Positions 27,701-39,467 of a DNA stretch of 64,000 nucleotides are shown one piece after another (position 1 is the stretch's first letter; each line of letters opens with the position of its first letter). The translations under genes and the position numbers were made by a program. The notes beneath the pieces are model-generated. The model worked only from the letters and a program-made list of their open reading frames with translations. It was not told where the DNA came from and did not search any database. Origin of the DNA: Psilocybe cubensis (lineage: Eukaryota). Where the stretch lies: positions 2,542,001-2,606,000 of the forward strand of contig CM038998.1 of the NCBI GenBank assembly GCA_017499595.2, in the 5' to 3' direction.

Positions 27701-28973
27701 CTAGTGAACACCCCGGAGCTCAGTTAGAACGCCAACCAACACCTGAACCTGCTAATCCTTCACCTACTCCTCAATCCGAAGAACTTGTCATGCTAGCTAC
27801 TGCCCAGATGGGCCCGTATACCACATTCCAGCAACTCAGCTTTGCGCCTAATTTCCCACTAGCTTCTATCGCAGATGAATATATCATTCCTCCCACATAC
27901 CCATCGTTCTTGGAGTACAAAGCCGAACATGAATCTGATAACTCTGGAACCTCTACAAATGTGACCCAAACACAATTTTCACCACCTGGCCTACCTGTCC
28001 CTACTCCTACTGCGCCCTCTAAATGGTATTATCGTGATCCCAAGAACGTCGTGCATGGTAAGCAATCAAACTAATCAGTCATAGGATTCGCATGCTAATA
28101 GAAATGAAAGGTCCTTGGAAGGCATCATTGATGCAAGCGTGGTATAAAGACGGTCTGCTTCCTCCTGATCTGCCGGTCAGACGAGAGGAAGATACGGAAT
28201 ATGTCCTATTGAAGGACCTCCGTCTGCAAAGTGTCGATCCAACGCAGCCATTCCGTGTCGTTGCACCCCTTCCAGACTCTGCCACTCCGTCACCGAAAAC
28301 TAGGCTGGTAGCCTCTCAAGGCGACCTCCTCAAGCCAATATCCCTTTTGGAACAACCTCGTCACTTTGGACCACCTGCACTATTCTACTCTTCCCGGGGT
28401 GGTGCCAGCACTTCGATAGTGGATGCCCGCGGTAGATCTGTACTCAAAGGGAAGTTCCTATGGAGTGCCGATGAAGGCGAGCCGACTAAAACAACTCCGT
28501 CTAACAAAATGGGCGATATCAAGCGGCTGGAAGCGTTTGATGTGCGAAAAGGATCTGTACTTGTTGCAATGAGACAAGGGGGTTTGGAAGCTGTCTCACT
28601 GGGCGATGCTCTTCTTAATCCAGCGGACGAGTCACGGACAACTCTGCCTCATTACAATCCTCCTTTGAGCAGCATCAATCGGAGAGAACCTTTTGTATGG
28701 AGAATTGGTACGCCAATCATCTCGCCTCAAGCAGGCAACCTTGACGAAAAGGGTGTAACCACACCTGCCCTGCAAGGAAGCAAAAAATCAAGTGTTACCT
28801 TGATTAAAAGCAGTAATTCAAGAACAGACGGTATTTCGACTGAGCCTGATGTAGATCCCTTGGACGAAGTTTTGTTCTTGGGACGAAAAGAGGACGATGT
28901 TTATTTCTGTGAAAGAAACGCCGCCTCCTTTAGAATCTTGAGACTCTCACCTACCACTTATGATACACTATAG
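24760..28973 (+). CDS. Large protein with a CNH-like domain interrupted by low-complexity sequence, plus a GYF domain
   Basis: GYF: KWYYRDPKNVVH-GPWKASLMQAWYKDGLLPPDLPVRR. CNH-like blocks: VVMEQRGVLVAIAGRRDGVRVYALEEV and KLEYVKLPGTKGALFIKAVETPKKSFLAILCG..KVELFAG. Confidence 0.75.
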
Positions 28974-29271
28974 CCAACATATGTTCTCTACCTTTTTTTC
29001 TACAACGAACACGCCTAAGCGACACGACATTTTTTAGGGTTTACGTTCTTTGTGACTGTCTGTATTTAATTTTATCCCACGACAGACTGTGGCACAGCAA
29101 CATGTGGATGTCGATTCCCAGTAGTTTTAGTACTTTATTTAACGACGTTGTAACGTACCCAGATGATCTAAACCCAAAATACATGAAATTCTAACTGAAA
29201 AATGAGCAAAACTTCAAAAGGATCATTCGCTCAGCACATTGGTTGTCAACCACAACTAGGATTGTCAGCAT

Positions 29272-31980
29272 CTATAGCTTCGCCACAATTTTCCGCAGTT
29301 CTAATTTCTGGATTTTGCCCGTCGAAGTTTTCTGTTATAATATTAATTGATCAATAAGGTGTTGAAAGAAAATCAGCAGCCTTACAGGCAATTCAGGGAC
29401 AATTTCCACCCATTCAGGACAGGCAAAACCTGGCAATCTCGATCTGGCATGCGCCTTCAGATCTTTTTCGAAGAGATGATGGCGCCCCCGCCAAGTTGCA
29501 ACATGTTGTGGGTGAAGAACTACGAAGGCCATTGGGCGCTCGCCCCACTTTACATGACTCCGAGCTACTACGCTAACTTCTAGAACGTGCGGATGGCTCG
29601 AAAGCTCTGTAAAGGGTTAATGAATACATTGGTTGATGGCGGTATTTAGATACATACCTTGTTCAATGGCAAGTGAAGATGCGTTCTAGATTCAGAGGTC
29701 TAGGTAAGCCCCACTTGAAAGCATAAATAAGGAATAAAAGTATTGAAAAGTGCGCACCTCTCCCCCAGAAATAATGATATCCTTGCTTCTATCCATGATT
29801 GCAATAGAGCCATCTGGGTGCATAACTGCCAAATCACCTGTATGAAAGCTTCCTCCTGCAAACGCCTTTTTGGTGGCATCTGGATCACGGAAATACTTAA
29901 TAGGTCACTGTCAGTTGAGTAGCTCCAAGTGGTGTGTGGTGCAAGTCAGAAGGCTTACTTCTTTCATGACAATGTTGCCTCTGGTTACAATCTCGCCCAC
30001 CGTCTTTCCATCTCGAGGTACATCGACCAAAGGTGCGTTTAGATCGCCTTCTGGTGATGCAAATACAACGCGAGCAACATCGGCAGTCGCGAAAGCATGG
30101 CCTTGCCTAGCCATTAGCCGAGCTCGTTGATCTAGAGGTAAGTTTTCCCAAGACGGTTGTGCATAATTGCGAGTAAACGGTCCATATGTCTATACATAAG
30201 TCAGACCCTGATAATATCCGTCAAAGGTATGTAGGCATACTTCTCTGCAATGAAAAAGTCAGAAAACCACTTGTTCAAGAATCAAGAAGGATGGGCGGAC
30301 TGACGTTAGACCATATACATGAACAGGGTTGATGCCTATTTTTTGCAACTCGGCAATAAGATGAGCGGTGGGTGCAGCGCCAGCTTCAGCGATGTTCATC
30401 AAATTAGCCAAAGGTTTGAACAAAGTAAATAGTGACAAACCTATAATCGCTGTAATTTGATGTGGGAGTTTAGATGCTTGTGGATCATTGACGATGCCAA
30501 TCTGTTCATTGTGTCAACACGGGTCAAGGTTATCGTAGTCTTAAAAATCCAGACTGGCCTGAACGGTCGGGGCAGCACAGTAATGAGTTACCCCGGAGTG
30601 ACGAAAATGGTTCCATATTTGTGTGTAATTAACGGTACGCAAGGTAACCTGGAAAGTCGCTTCTTATGGCGTCGTAGCGTATCAAAAACAATGCCTTAAG
30701 TACCTGCTTCGCGAATGAGAATACATTTGTCCAGGGGAATGTCCAACCTGCAGCGTGAAACATAGGTAATATCCTGCACAGCTAAAATCAACATTGCCAT
30801 CGACGGAGTATATATACGTATTTACCACAGATATGTAGAGTCGTGATTCATGCTTTTGAAACAGATATTAGCTTGTGTGTGTAATTATCATCAGTTGTTT
30901 AAATCCTACCGTCCTTCAAATGCATTCGCAACTGCAGCAAGATAAGAACCTATTTGCGGAATTCAATACAATTATATCGACCATGGAAGCATGTTGATTG
31001 ACCTCTGAGTGTAGTGACAACGCCTTTGGGCTTTAAACTTCAAGTCAGCATAGAACAGGTTCAAATAAAAAAAGCTTCTAACCCGTCCCGTCGTCCCTGA
31101 GCTATTTCATCGTCAATTAAGATTGAGATTCCAAGCAAGTAATATGCTTACGTATAACAAAGCACTGCAGGCGCGTTTTCGTCAACTTCAGGGTCCAAAC
31201 CTGGCCAACCTCTTTCGTTGCTGAATTCCCGTCCTGAGTTCAGGAAATCCTCGTACGGATCTCCAGACCGACCCGTATCTTTAGATACCACGAAGGGGAC
31301 ATTGACATCTTGAACAAGATTCTGGTATTCGTGATCGACGAGCAAAAAGCAGCATTGACTGTGCTCAATGATATATGTCACTTCAGTCGGTTTGAGGCGT
31401 GTATTGATTGGAGTAATGACGGCTCGAGCTGCCATGATTCCATAGTGCGCATCTGATAGCTATCAACATGAATATAATGTGGGATGTTGTTGCTTTTGAA
31501 CATACCTGCTATCAAAGGGCTAGCGTCGAGAAGTTGAAATAAGAAAACCAGTCGAGGAATGAATTTAAACGCACCAATTAGGGGCAATGACACCAACGCG
31601 ATCTCCTGGCTTGACCCCTGCTCTGATCAGAGCATACGCGAGGTTCTGTATGCGTTGTGCCCTGTGAACCGGTAAGGATGAGACCGGTGAACGCGTGTTT
31701 GATGAGCCGAACCGTACCAAACTGAGAAGGTGTATGTGACTGGATATTCAACGTCCGTATGCACCAAAGCGACTTTGTCGGGGTATATTTGAGCTGCGCG
31801 CAAGATGAAAGCCAATGGATTCTAGAAAATTGGGAAATCAGTGTCAACGCCTATTCAACCATGAATAGGTTTGTATACCAAAGGATGATGATTAGTGGGC
31901 AAACTGATTGGAAGTGGTTTGAGATTGAGACGGACATTTGGAGGGGGGACACTGGCAGGTGTTGGATTGAAGTGCAACAT
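29272..31980 (-). CDS. AMP-binding acyl-CoA synthetase (adenylate-forming enzyme), many short exons
   Basis: YT-SGTTGR-PKG P-loop, PMFHAAGW, YGLTETYGP, GEIVTRGNIVMKEY, GDLA, DRSKDIIISGGEN and KTSTGKIQK. Confidence 0.9.
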
Positions 31981-32635
31981 AATACTAGGGGAGGTTCTGA
32001 GGAATGATCGCCTGCACCCAACTTTTATAGATGAAATTAAGCATGAGAACGGGGATTCCCCACAAGGATATTCGGTACCCCGCACCATCACCTTTGCCAT
32101 CATTATTCCCGGACCCCGCACAAGCTTTTAAATCAATTGTCATGTAGCGTTCCGCATGGCCTCGCAGTGGCGTGGCCTAGCCCACAGTCATCCACTGTTT
32201 GAGACAAGTCCATCTTGTTCACAACCCCAGTCTGGCCAAAATTGCTGGAAGCATAATTGACAGGCGACATGAGTCTGCTCACTAGTACTAGTCGTGCCTT
32301 CGATTCAAACCCCTATCCGAATCTTCTTAAATGCTGCATGTATCAAACAAGCCAACAAGCTCCAACAAGCATCAACTGTTAACTTGCAGAGGCATTATTG
32401 ATAAACTCTAATTACCATACATATGAGAATAACGAGGATCTTAACACACCATAATATTATAACATCCTGGCATCCGCCTTCAGGCTTCAGAGGAGTGACG
32501 AGTCAGAAGTATTACCAAGCTTACGCTTTATTATCACGCGCCGATTTGTTATATATGATTTTACCAAACTCTACCCTTGACTTAACGACGAATTGTGTTC
32601 ATCATCGCGATAACAAATGGTGGTGGTGCTAAATT

Positions 32636-35302
32636 CTAGAAGAAATTGTCATTCAAACTAAATTTGCTCAATGGGGTCCATTCCAACTATAAAATGAAAC
32701 GCTTCAGCTGGTATGTCTAGATAAAACTGGAAAAGAAATCACCCCTTGAACGTATGGATTTTTCGGCACTGATCGATTGTCAATGTCGATGACAACGAAC
32801 CGGCGGTATCTCGACATGAAGGCGGAACAGCGTTGCATCCCATGTATATCTCTTATAATTATGTCATCCATAGCCATCATGACACTATTTGGATCCAGTT
32901 TTGACGATAACTTTGCTTCGTTCATAAAGGCCGTGACACCAGCTTGCAATGCATCCTTTTGGCTAGGCGGAGACAGCAAAAAATATTTCTTGGTCCATTC
33001 AACAGCATAGTTCCTGTAGGATATTTCTTCTGTTCCCGTATTTGGGTTTTTTGTTGCAATTGTTGTTTCTGCATAGGTATCAGGAGGGGCCTCCAGAAGA
33101 GATAGGTGTCCTGTTTCTATTTCTCTCAAGAGAATATCCAGAATGAGGGTTTTTCTGAGCACCTTTGAGTTGAAGGGAATAAAGCAATGACACTAAGATA
33201 ATACTTACTTGCCAATAACAGACATAGGGTCCATTGACTCGCCGCATTCTAAGCTTGCAAGCAAACCGAGCGCTGACGGCACGATATACGAAGCCCATAA
33301 TGGATGTTTGTCAATTTGCCTAATCAATTGAAAGGCTCGGAGAGGATTGCTCCTAAGTGCAAGGGGTGTGAATGTTACAATCCCTCCTTAGAATAAATAA
33401 TAGGTCAGCAATCTTGAAAGTGAAAGGTGCCTCAGGAAATCCATCACAAACCACAAGGATAAATCTCCTGAACACTTATACGGGTTGGGGGTATATTGAT
33501 ACTTGTGCCATATAGAAAATATTTAACATGATCCTGTTTTGTTTGCCTGACTGAGAATTGTGAAAATTTGTGAAGGGTACCCAAGGCCCCGGCGTGCACA
33601 AAAATAAATTTGGCTTCGCCACAGTGGGCGACGTGAATAGCATGTGCTTGCTTCAATATTGCGGTCAAGAACTGAGTTTCTAGATCAGGGCCTTTGCGAC
33701 CATGCCTTGCCGACCAGATACAAAAAGTTTTGGGGGATGAATTCCTGATGTAGAAAAAGAGTTCTTCTGGAAAGGATAGAATTCGAATTCCATGTTGAAA
33801 ATCAATATTTTTAATTCTGAGAATCCTTTTGTGAGAGTATTCATCATCCAGCGAAAGAGTCGGAATATAAAATAAAATGTTTTTTTAGTCTCAAATGATC
33901 TTAATGTTAATATAAGAAAAATAAATACCTATCCGACATTGGCAATGACAACTTAGATGGTGTCACCGTTCGAGATGAAGGCGTGGTTGTTTGCAAACCA
34001 GGTAAGAAGCTTGTCCTGCATTTGTAGAGACAAAAAAAGGATTCGATTTAACAAGTATTCCCACTAAGATGAACTACATAACTCACGATGGCATAATGGT
34101 TGTACCTGCACTGTTACCAATTACTCTAAGTAAGAATTGTATGAAATATGGCGAAGCTGGTTTGTTGACGTACCTGGAAATCATTATGACCTGATTTTTA
34201 CTTTTCTCCATAGAGTGTTCTATTTTTGGTTGTTCGGGAACTCGAGGAGAGGCTTTAGAGAAAGGACTTTCTGAAAGTAGTGACTTAAACAATAGGCAAT
34301 GCGAAACCTGAAGCAATTCATGATGCCGCTGTTCATTTCCCTAAAAGAAGGTTAGCTGTGGCAGAGTATATACACATTATAAGCATACAGTTTTGTCACT
34401 AAGACTAAATTCACTTGAGTCCATCTTCCGGAGTTTCTGGGGCCTGAAATTTTGATGAGTCTAAATAATCGAACAATTTAATGAAACTTAAAAAAAAAAA
34501 AAACTGGTCAGAAATTACCTGTCTAGGTTCGCGAAATGGCATTGGCAGATTCCTATAAGACTCTTGGGGGATTTGTGTACTGCCAGAGCCTGGATTCTTC
34601 TCGATAGAAACATGTCCTGGTTTCCTCTGAATATAAAACGGGGGCATTGTAGTTAAGTCATTCTGATGGAATATGTTTAGGCGTACCCTTGAGGGATTAT
34701 GATCTTCTCTGAATCGAGCTTTCTCACTTTCTGAATGTCAAAAGTTGTCAGCTGTAATTAGAGAACTAATATATATATACTCAACCTATCCACTCTTCTT
34801 TTGCGTCTATAATATCTCCGACTCGAATGTCTTTTTTGTCTACGCCAATATGTTCCCAGAAACTGCGCAATAACCTTGAGCATCTTCGAATGTTTTCCTC
34901 GGGCTCCCAACTGGAGCATGCGTAATATTTTAAAAAATTGTTTATACAGTCCGCAGTCAAAATTACCTGTTATCAGTATCAGGGTATCCATACCACTACA
35001 TCGAATCCATAGGTGAGTTTCGCTGTAGCATGTATTAGACGTGACAGCACCAGACCTTCACATAATATTGCTGGATTAAAGAATTAGCGGTCACTGATAA
35101 CATGAGCAACAAGGCGCATACCCATGCAGTATGACCAAAAAATTCTGTCGTCACCATGCGCGCCTTTGTTATAACCTCTATGGTATTGAATTAGGTGTCT
35201 CAGGACTTGATTTTTCACGGAAACATTTTGGCCACAGATGGTATTTGAATGAGACTTACCAACAAGAAAAAACTCTTCCTTTTTCTTCACTTTTCTCGCC
35301 AT
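32636..35302 (-). CDS. Chromodomain protein, Chp1-like architecture (N-terminal chromodomain, C-terminal globular domains)
   Basis: Spliced N-terminus MARKVKKKEEFFLV-EVITKAR...W-QYYVK-WYGYPDTDNS-WEPEENIRRCSRLLRSFW. Later exons include FIFVHAGALGTLHKF...VKYFLYG and YRRFVVID. Last exon LEWTPLSKFSLNDNFF*. Confidence 0.8.
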
Positions 35303-35809
35303 GGGAGCTTGACGGACGCGATGATTGTATTCAAAGTTGGTGGTCGAAGGTTGAGAGCAAAGGTATCTATTGAGGTAATGATATTCAGAGTCCAGACGTA
35401 GTCGTGGGAATTCTGACGGCTCAGGCCGAGAAAAGTGACTTATCCGTTGAACAGTTTTCTTTCTAGATAACCACGATACATCCGTATGTCGTTGAATTTC
35501 GTCAAAAAAGACAACTTGATCAATACTGATATTTATTCCAGAACACAACTGCAAATTTTCAGATGCAGAATTTCTATAATATCTGTAGTTCATTTGCTAC
35601 TAGTACTGATTGGAATAATCTTAGCGGATCCCTCGCAAGCGGCTGGCTTTGTGTTCATACTGAACTTGAACAAACCTTCCTACTAGACTGCTTCGAAATT
35701 GTTTCATCTAAGACAAGTCCTACACATACGTGCGAAGTTCTGACCCTCACTCTAAGCCAGCGCTTGTCTTTGGTTCTAGCAAAGTTCAATCGGTTCTCCA
35801 GTATACAAA

Positions 35810-38013
35810 ATGTTACTACGTCATTCTCGTCTTTCAGGCTCTGTGATCCACGGCATTTTTATCATTTTGGCTGCTACTTGTGCTCTAGGTTCGTTATGTT
35901 TAACTTATAACTAAGCACGATTTCACAATACCTTCATAAGGCGATCCTAATGATTGGGTCAACATTGACTATATCATTTCACAGTCGTCAGCCGACAGCT
36001 CAAGCGCGCTCGTCTCTTCAACAAAGGAAGCACAAGCGGGTATCATTCGAAGTGCAACCGATTTGGCTAGTAAAGGTCCTTGGAGTAAGCTTTCTAACTC
36101 TTTTAGCTCACGATATTCTTGTTTGATACAATGCTTTTCAGGCGTGGTCGACTCCTCTCAAATTCCGTTACCTCCCAGCCAAAACCCACACGACTATTTG
36201 AGCTGGGCACCATAGTGAGTACTTTTGTAAACGCATGCAGGCAGCAGAAGTAATGGAAGCGATTTATCCCTTCTTTTGGTCCATTGTAGTCACTGGCCCC
36301 AATGTAATTGGTGCAGTGCAACTGGGCGCACCCATCTTGTTCACACTGGAGATAGCTCAAAAAATGATTCTAAAAGCAATACAAGTGAAACCGGTCCCGT
36401 CGAAGGAGAAGATTATAATGAAAGTAAATTCTCGCAATTCTTCGTACACAATTACGGGAGCAACGGTTCTATTATCTCGTTAACTTCAATCTCTGCTATT
36501 CAGACTGCTGGTGACAGGGGTTCAACTTTTCTGCATACTACCACCGCCATCACTGAGGCTGCTGCTTCCCCAAAACCGACTTCGACTGTTGTTCTCGATT
36601 CTCCAATGTCATCTTCAAATCCACCTTCAACATCAAATTCAAAATCTGCTGGACTAGCTCAAGCCGCAGCGAAAACCACAGAATCCTCATGCACTGCCTC
36701 ACCTACCAGAGCCTTAGCTCCTAGCGCAAGTGAGTATCTATGCCTTTCCACATAAACAATCTTAACGGGATAGTACATGATTATGATAGCCTGGACGACT
36801 TGTAGCTATATCAGCAAAGACGGTTTTGTCAACCCCGACACCCGAATGTTGAAAGGACCAGACGCAATCAACGCTGTTTCTCAGGCGGCGCTTTACAACG
36901 CCGTTGCGTATGCGTTACAAATGACTTCTAAATATTCCAAAAATGTTGCAACTTTCGTGGATACTTTTTTCCTGAATACCTCAACAAAAGTGAATCCGAA
37001 TGTGGATTTTGGTCAGATTGTCCGAGGACCAGGCGAATCCGGACGCACTGGAACATTCACTGGAATTCTTGATCTTCGTGGCTTGGTTAAGATTGTGAAC
37101 AGCGTTTCTATCTTGAAGGCGTTAGACAGCCCAGATTGGTCGAAAGACAGAGACAACAAATTAATCTCCTGGTTTTCTACATACATCACTTGGTTATCTA
37201 CCAGTGGTATAGGGCAAAAGGCTGGCACTCGTCCAAAGTGAGCATTTCTCTCCTAAGGCGTGCGTATTCCATATACATTGATCATCCTATAGCAATCATG
37301 CGACATTTTATACATCACAACTTGCAGCGGCCAAATTCTATACAGGAGATCGTGCAGGCGCCATCACTGATTTAAAACGATTTTGTTCAACGACTTTTCT
37401 TGACCAGGTGGCCAAAAATGGAGAACAACCATTTGAAGCTGTGCGCTCTCGGCCATTCCATTATCGATGCTTCAATCTAGAGGCTTTGATAGTATGTCTG
37501 TTCTGTCTATCCATATGAAGAAATGGACTAATCGTCAATATATAGACCAACGCGAAATTGGGAGATCAGATGGGTATCGATTTATGGTCGTGCAAGTCAC
37601 GATATGGGGCTACCATACAAACCGCCCTTGATTTTCTGATGACTACGGATCCTGGGGAAGAAGACAAATCTCAACTGAACCCACATGTCGCAACGATTTC
37701 ATCGGTATATGGAGACCCAACGGGAAAGTATATGTCGTTCCTGAAGGACAACGAACCGAACTATCAGAGAAAAGCATATTGGTTTTATGACCAGACAGCA
37801 GCATTTTCAGTTGCTCCTGCTTCAAGGAAGAAGGCTCGATCCATAATATGGAAGAAGGAAGTTCCATTGTTGCTATCCTCTATCCCTGCATCCGGAGTGA
37901 ATGTTACATTCGTGTGCCCTGCTGTCTTTCAAGATGCGGCGGCTGTTGAGATTGAAGACGATGTATTTGTGACTTGCGACCAGCTGCGTCCTTTCTACGA
38001 GGATGGCATATAA
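35810..38013 (+). CDS. Secreted chondroitin AC/alginate lyase-fold polysaccharide lyase
   Basis: Signal peptide MLLRHSRLSGSVIHGIFIILAATCALG. Motifs HDYLSWAP-YHWP, DGFVNPD, NPNVDFGQIVRGP, NHATF and RSRPFHYRCFNLEAL. Confidence 0.85.
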
Positions 38014-38226
38014 AGTCGTTCTAGCGTAGTCAAATTGAAACAACTTGAAAAGTGAAGAAAATATTGTATTCGTATCATGATTGGTGCATCATGATATCAG
38101 TGTGATGCTTACATGATACAAACGATGACAGGGGAGGTCCGAGGCCACTGCCTCCATCAGTCACAAGGTTGCAACTCCTCCTTCACGTTTTCACTTCATA
38201 TTCCCTTGACATTTACCCTTTCTATC

Positions 38227-39259
38227 ATGGTAGACGCAGCTTCCGGCTCGGCGGATAAGTCTGTGCAGGTCAAACTGGTTCTTCTGGGTATGTTCCCTTG
38301 TTTCACCGTCCTGGAAGTGGAGGTGACACAGTGCCATTCATCATTTCTTAACGTATCATATATCTCTAGGTGAAGCTGCTGTTGGCAAATCCTCCGTTGT
38401 TCTTCGCTTTGTATGCATTCTTGTTAGCCCAAAATTGTGCCTGATACTCAACTTCGTCTGTTCTTAGGTTTCCGATGAATTTCAACCAAACAAAGAGCCC
38501 ACCATCGGTGCAGCATTTCTGACGCAGAAATGCCGCCTGGAAGATCGTATCTTGAGATATGAAATATGGGATACAGCAGGTCAAGAGCGGTTCCATTCAT
38601 TGGCTGTAAGTTTGTGAATCATAAGCTTTATCCTTTCATATTCACATTCATACTTTTGTCGGGTAGCCCATGTATTACCGCAATGCTCAAGCTGCCGTGG
38701 TTGTATACGACGTCACCAAAGCCAGTAGCTTAGAGAAAGCAAAATCGTGGGTCAAAGAGTTACAACGCCAGGCGAATCCCAACATTGTAATCGCATTGGC
38801 TGGAAATAAAGTTGACCTTGTGCAATCTTCTACCTCATCGACGTCCGCAGCATCGCCCCCCGAGTCAGAAGATGAAGCCGATGATGCCACTGCCACACCT
38901 GGAGAATCTGCAGGCGCAGGAAATGGCGAGCCTGAAAGTTTGCGACAGGTTCCCCGTGAAGAGGCTCAGGCCTATGCCACAGAGGCAGGTCTTCTTTTCT
39001 TCGAGACCAGCGCCAAGACTGGGGAGGGTATTGTTGATATATTTACTGAAATTGGTCAGTTCCCTCTTTTTTGTTGGTTTTTAGCTTCCTCACACATTCT
39101 GTAGCTAAGAAAATTCCTATTGAACATATTTTGGCCGCTACTCGCGGCAACGCTGGACGTTCCGGTACGAGCGGTAGCAGTCGAACTGAGGGGACACGGC
39201 AACAAGGCGTGAACCTCGAAGAAGACCCGGCGAAGGCAAAGGATGCTTGCAACTGTTAA
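38227..39259 (+). CDS. Rab5-family GTPase (Ypt5/Vps21-like)
   Basis: [53 protein letters not shown] and C-terminal CNC prenylation motif. Confidence 0.95.
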
Positions 39260-39467
39260 AGCATATTTTCTTTTGCTTTAACGTTCGACAGCTGTCGATT
39301 TACCTTATGATTTTTATGTCTTCCTATGCTGCTTTCTCCACAGACCATTTCCTAGCACGGTATCCATTTGTAATACTTTCTTAAATATATCACGTAGAAA
39401 TATGGATTGCTTTGCAAATCTTGAAATTGTACATGATTCCATGTCATTAACGTGATACAGTGGATAA

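Noticed and set aside
32281..32372. ACTAGTACTAGT palindrome and three AACAAGC repeats
   Set aside because: Too short and irregular to support a repeat element or array.
38820..38945. Acidic Ser/Ala-rich insertion in Rab5 after NKVD
   Set aside because: Loop insertions at this position are common in fungal Rab5-family proteins.
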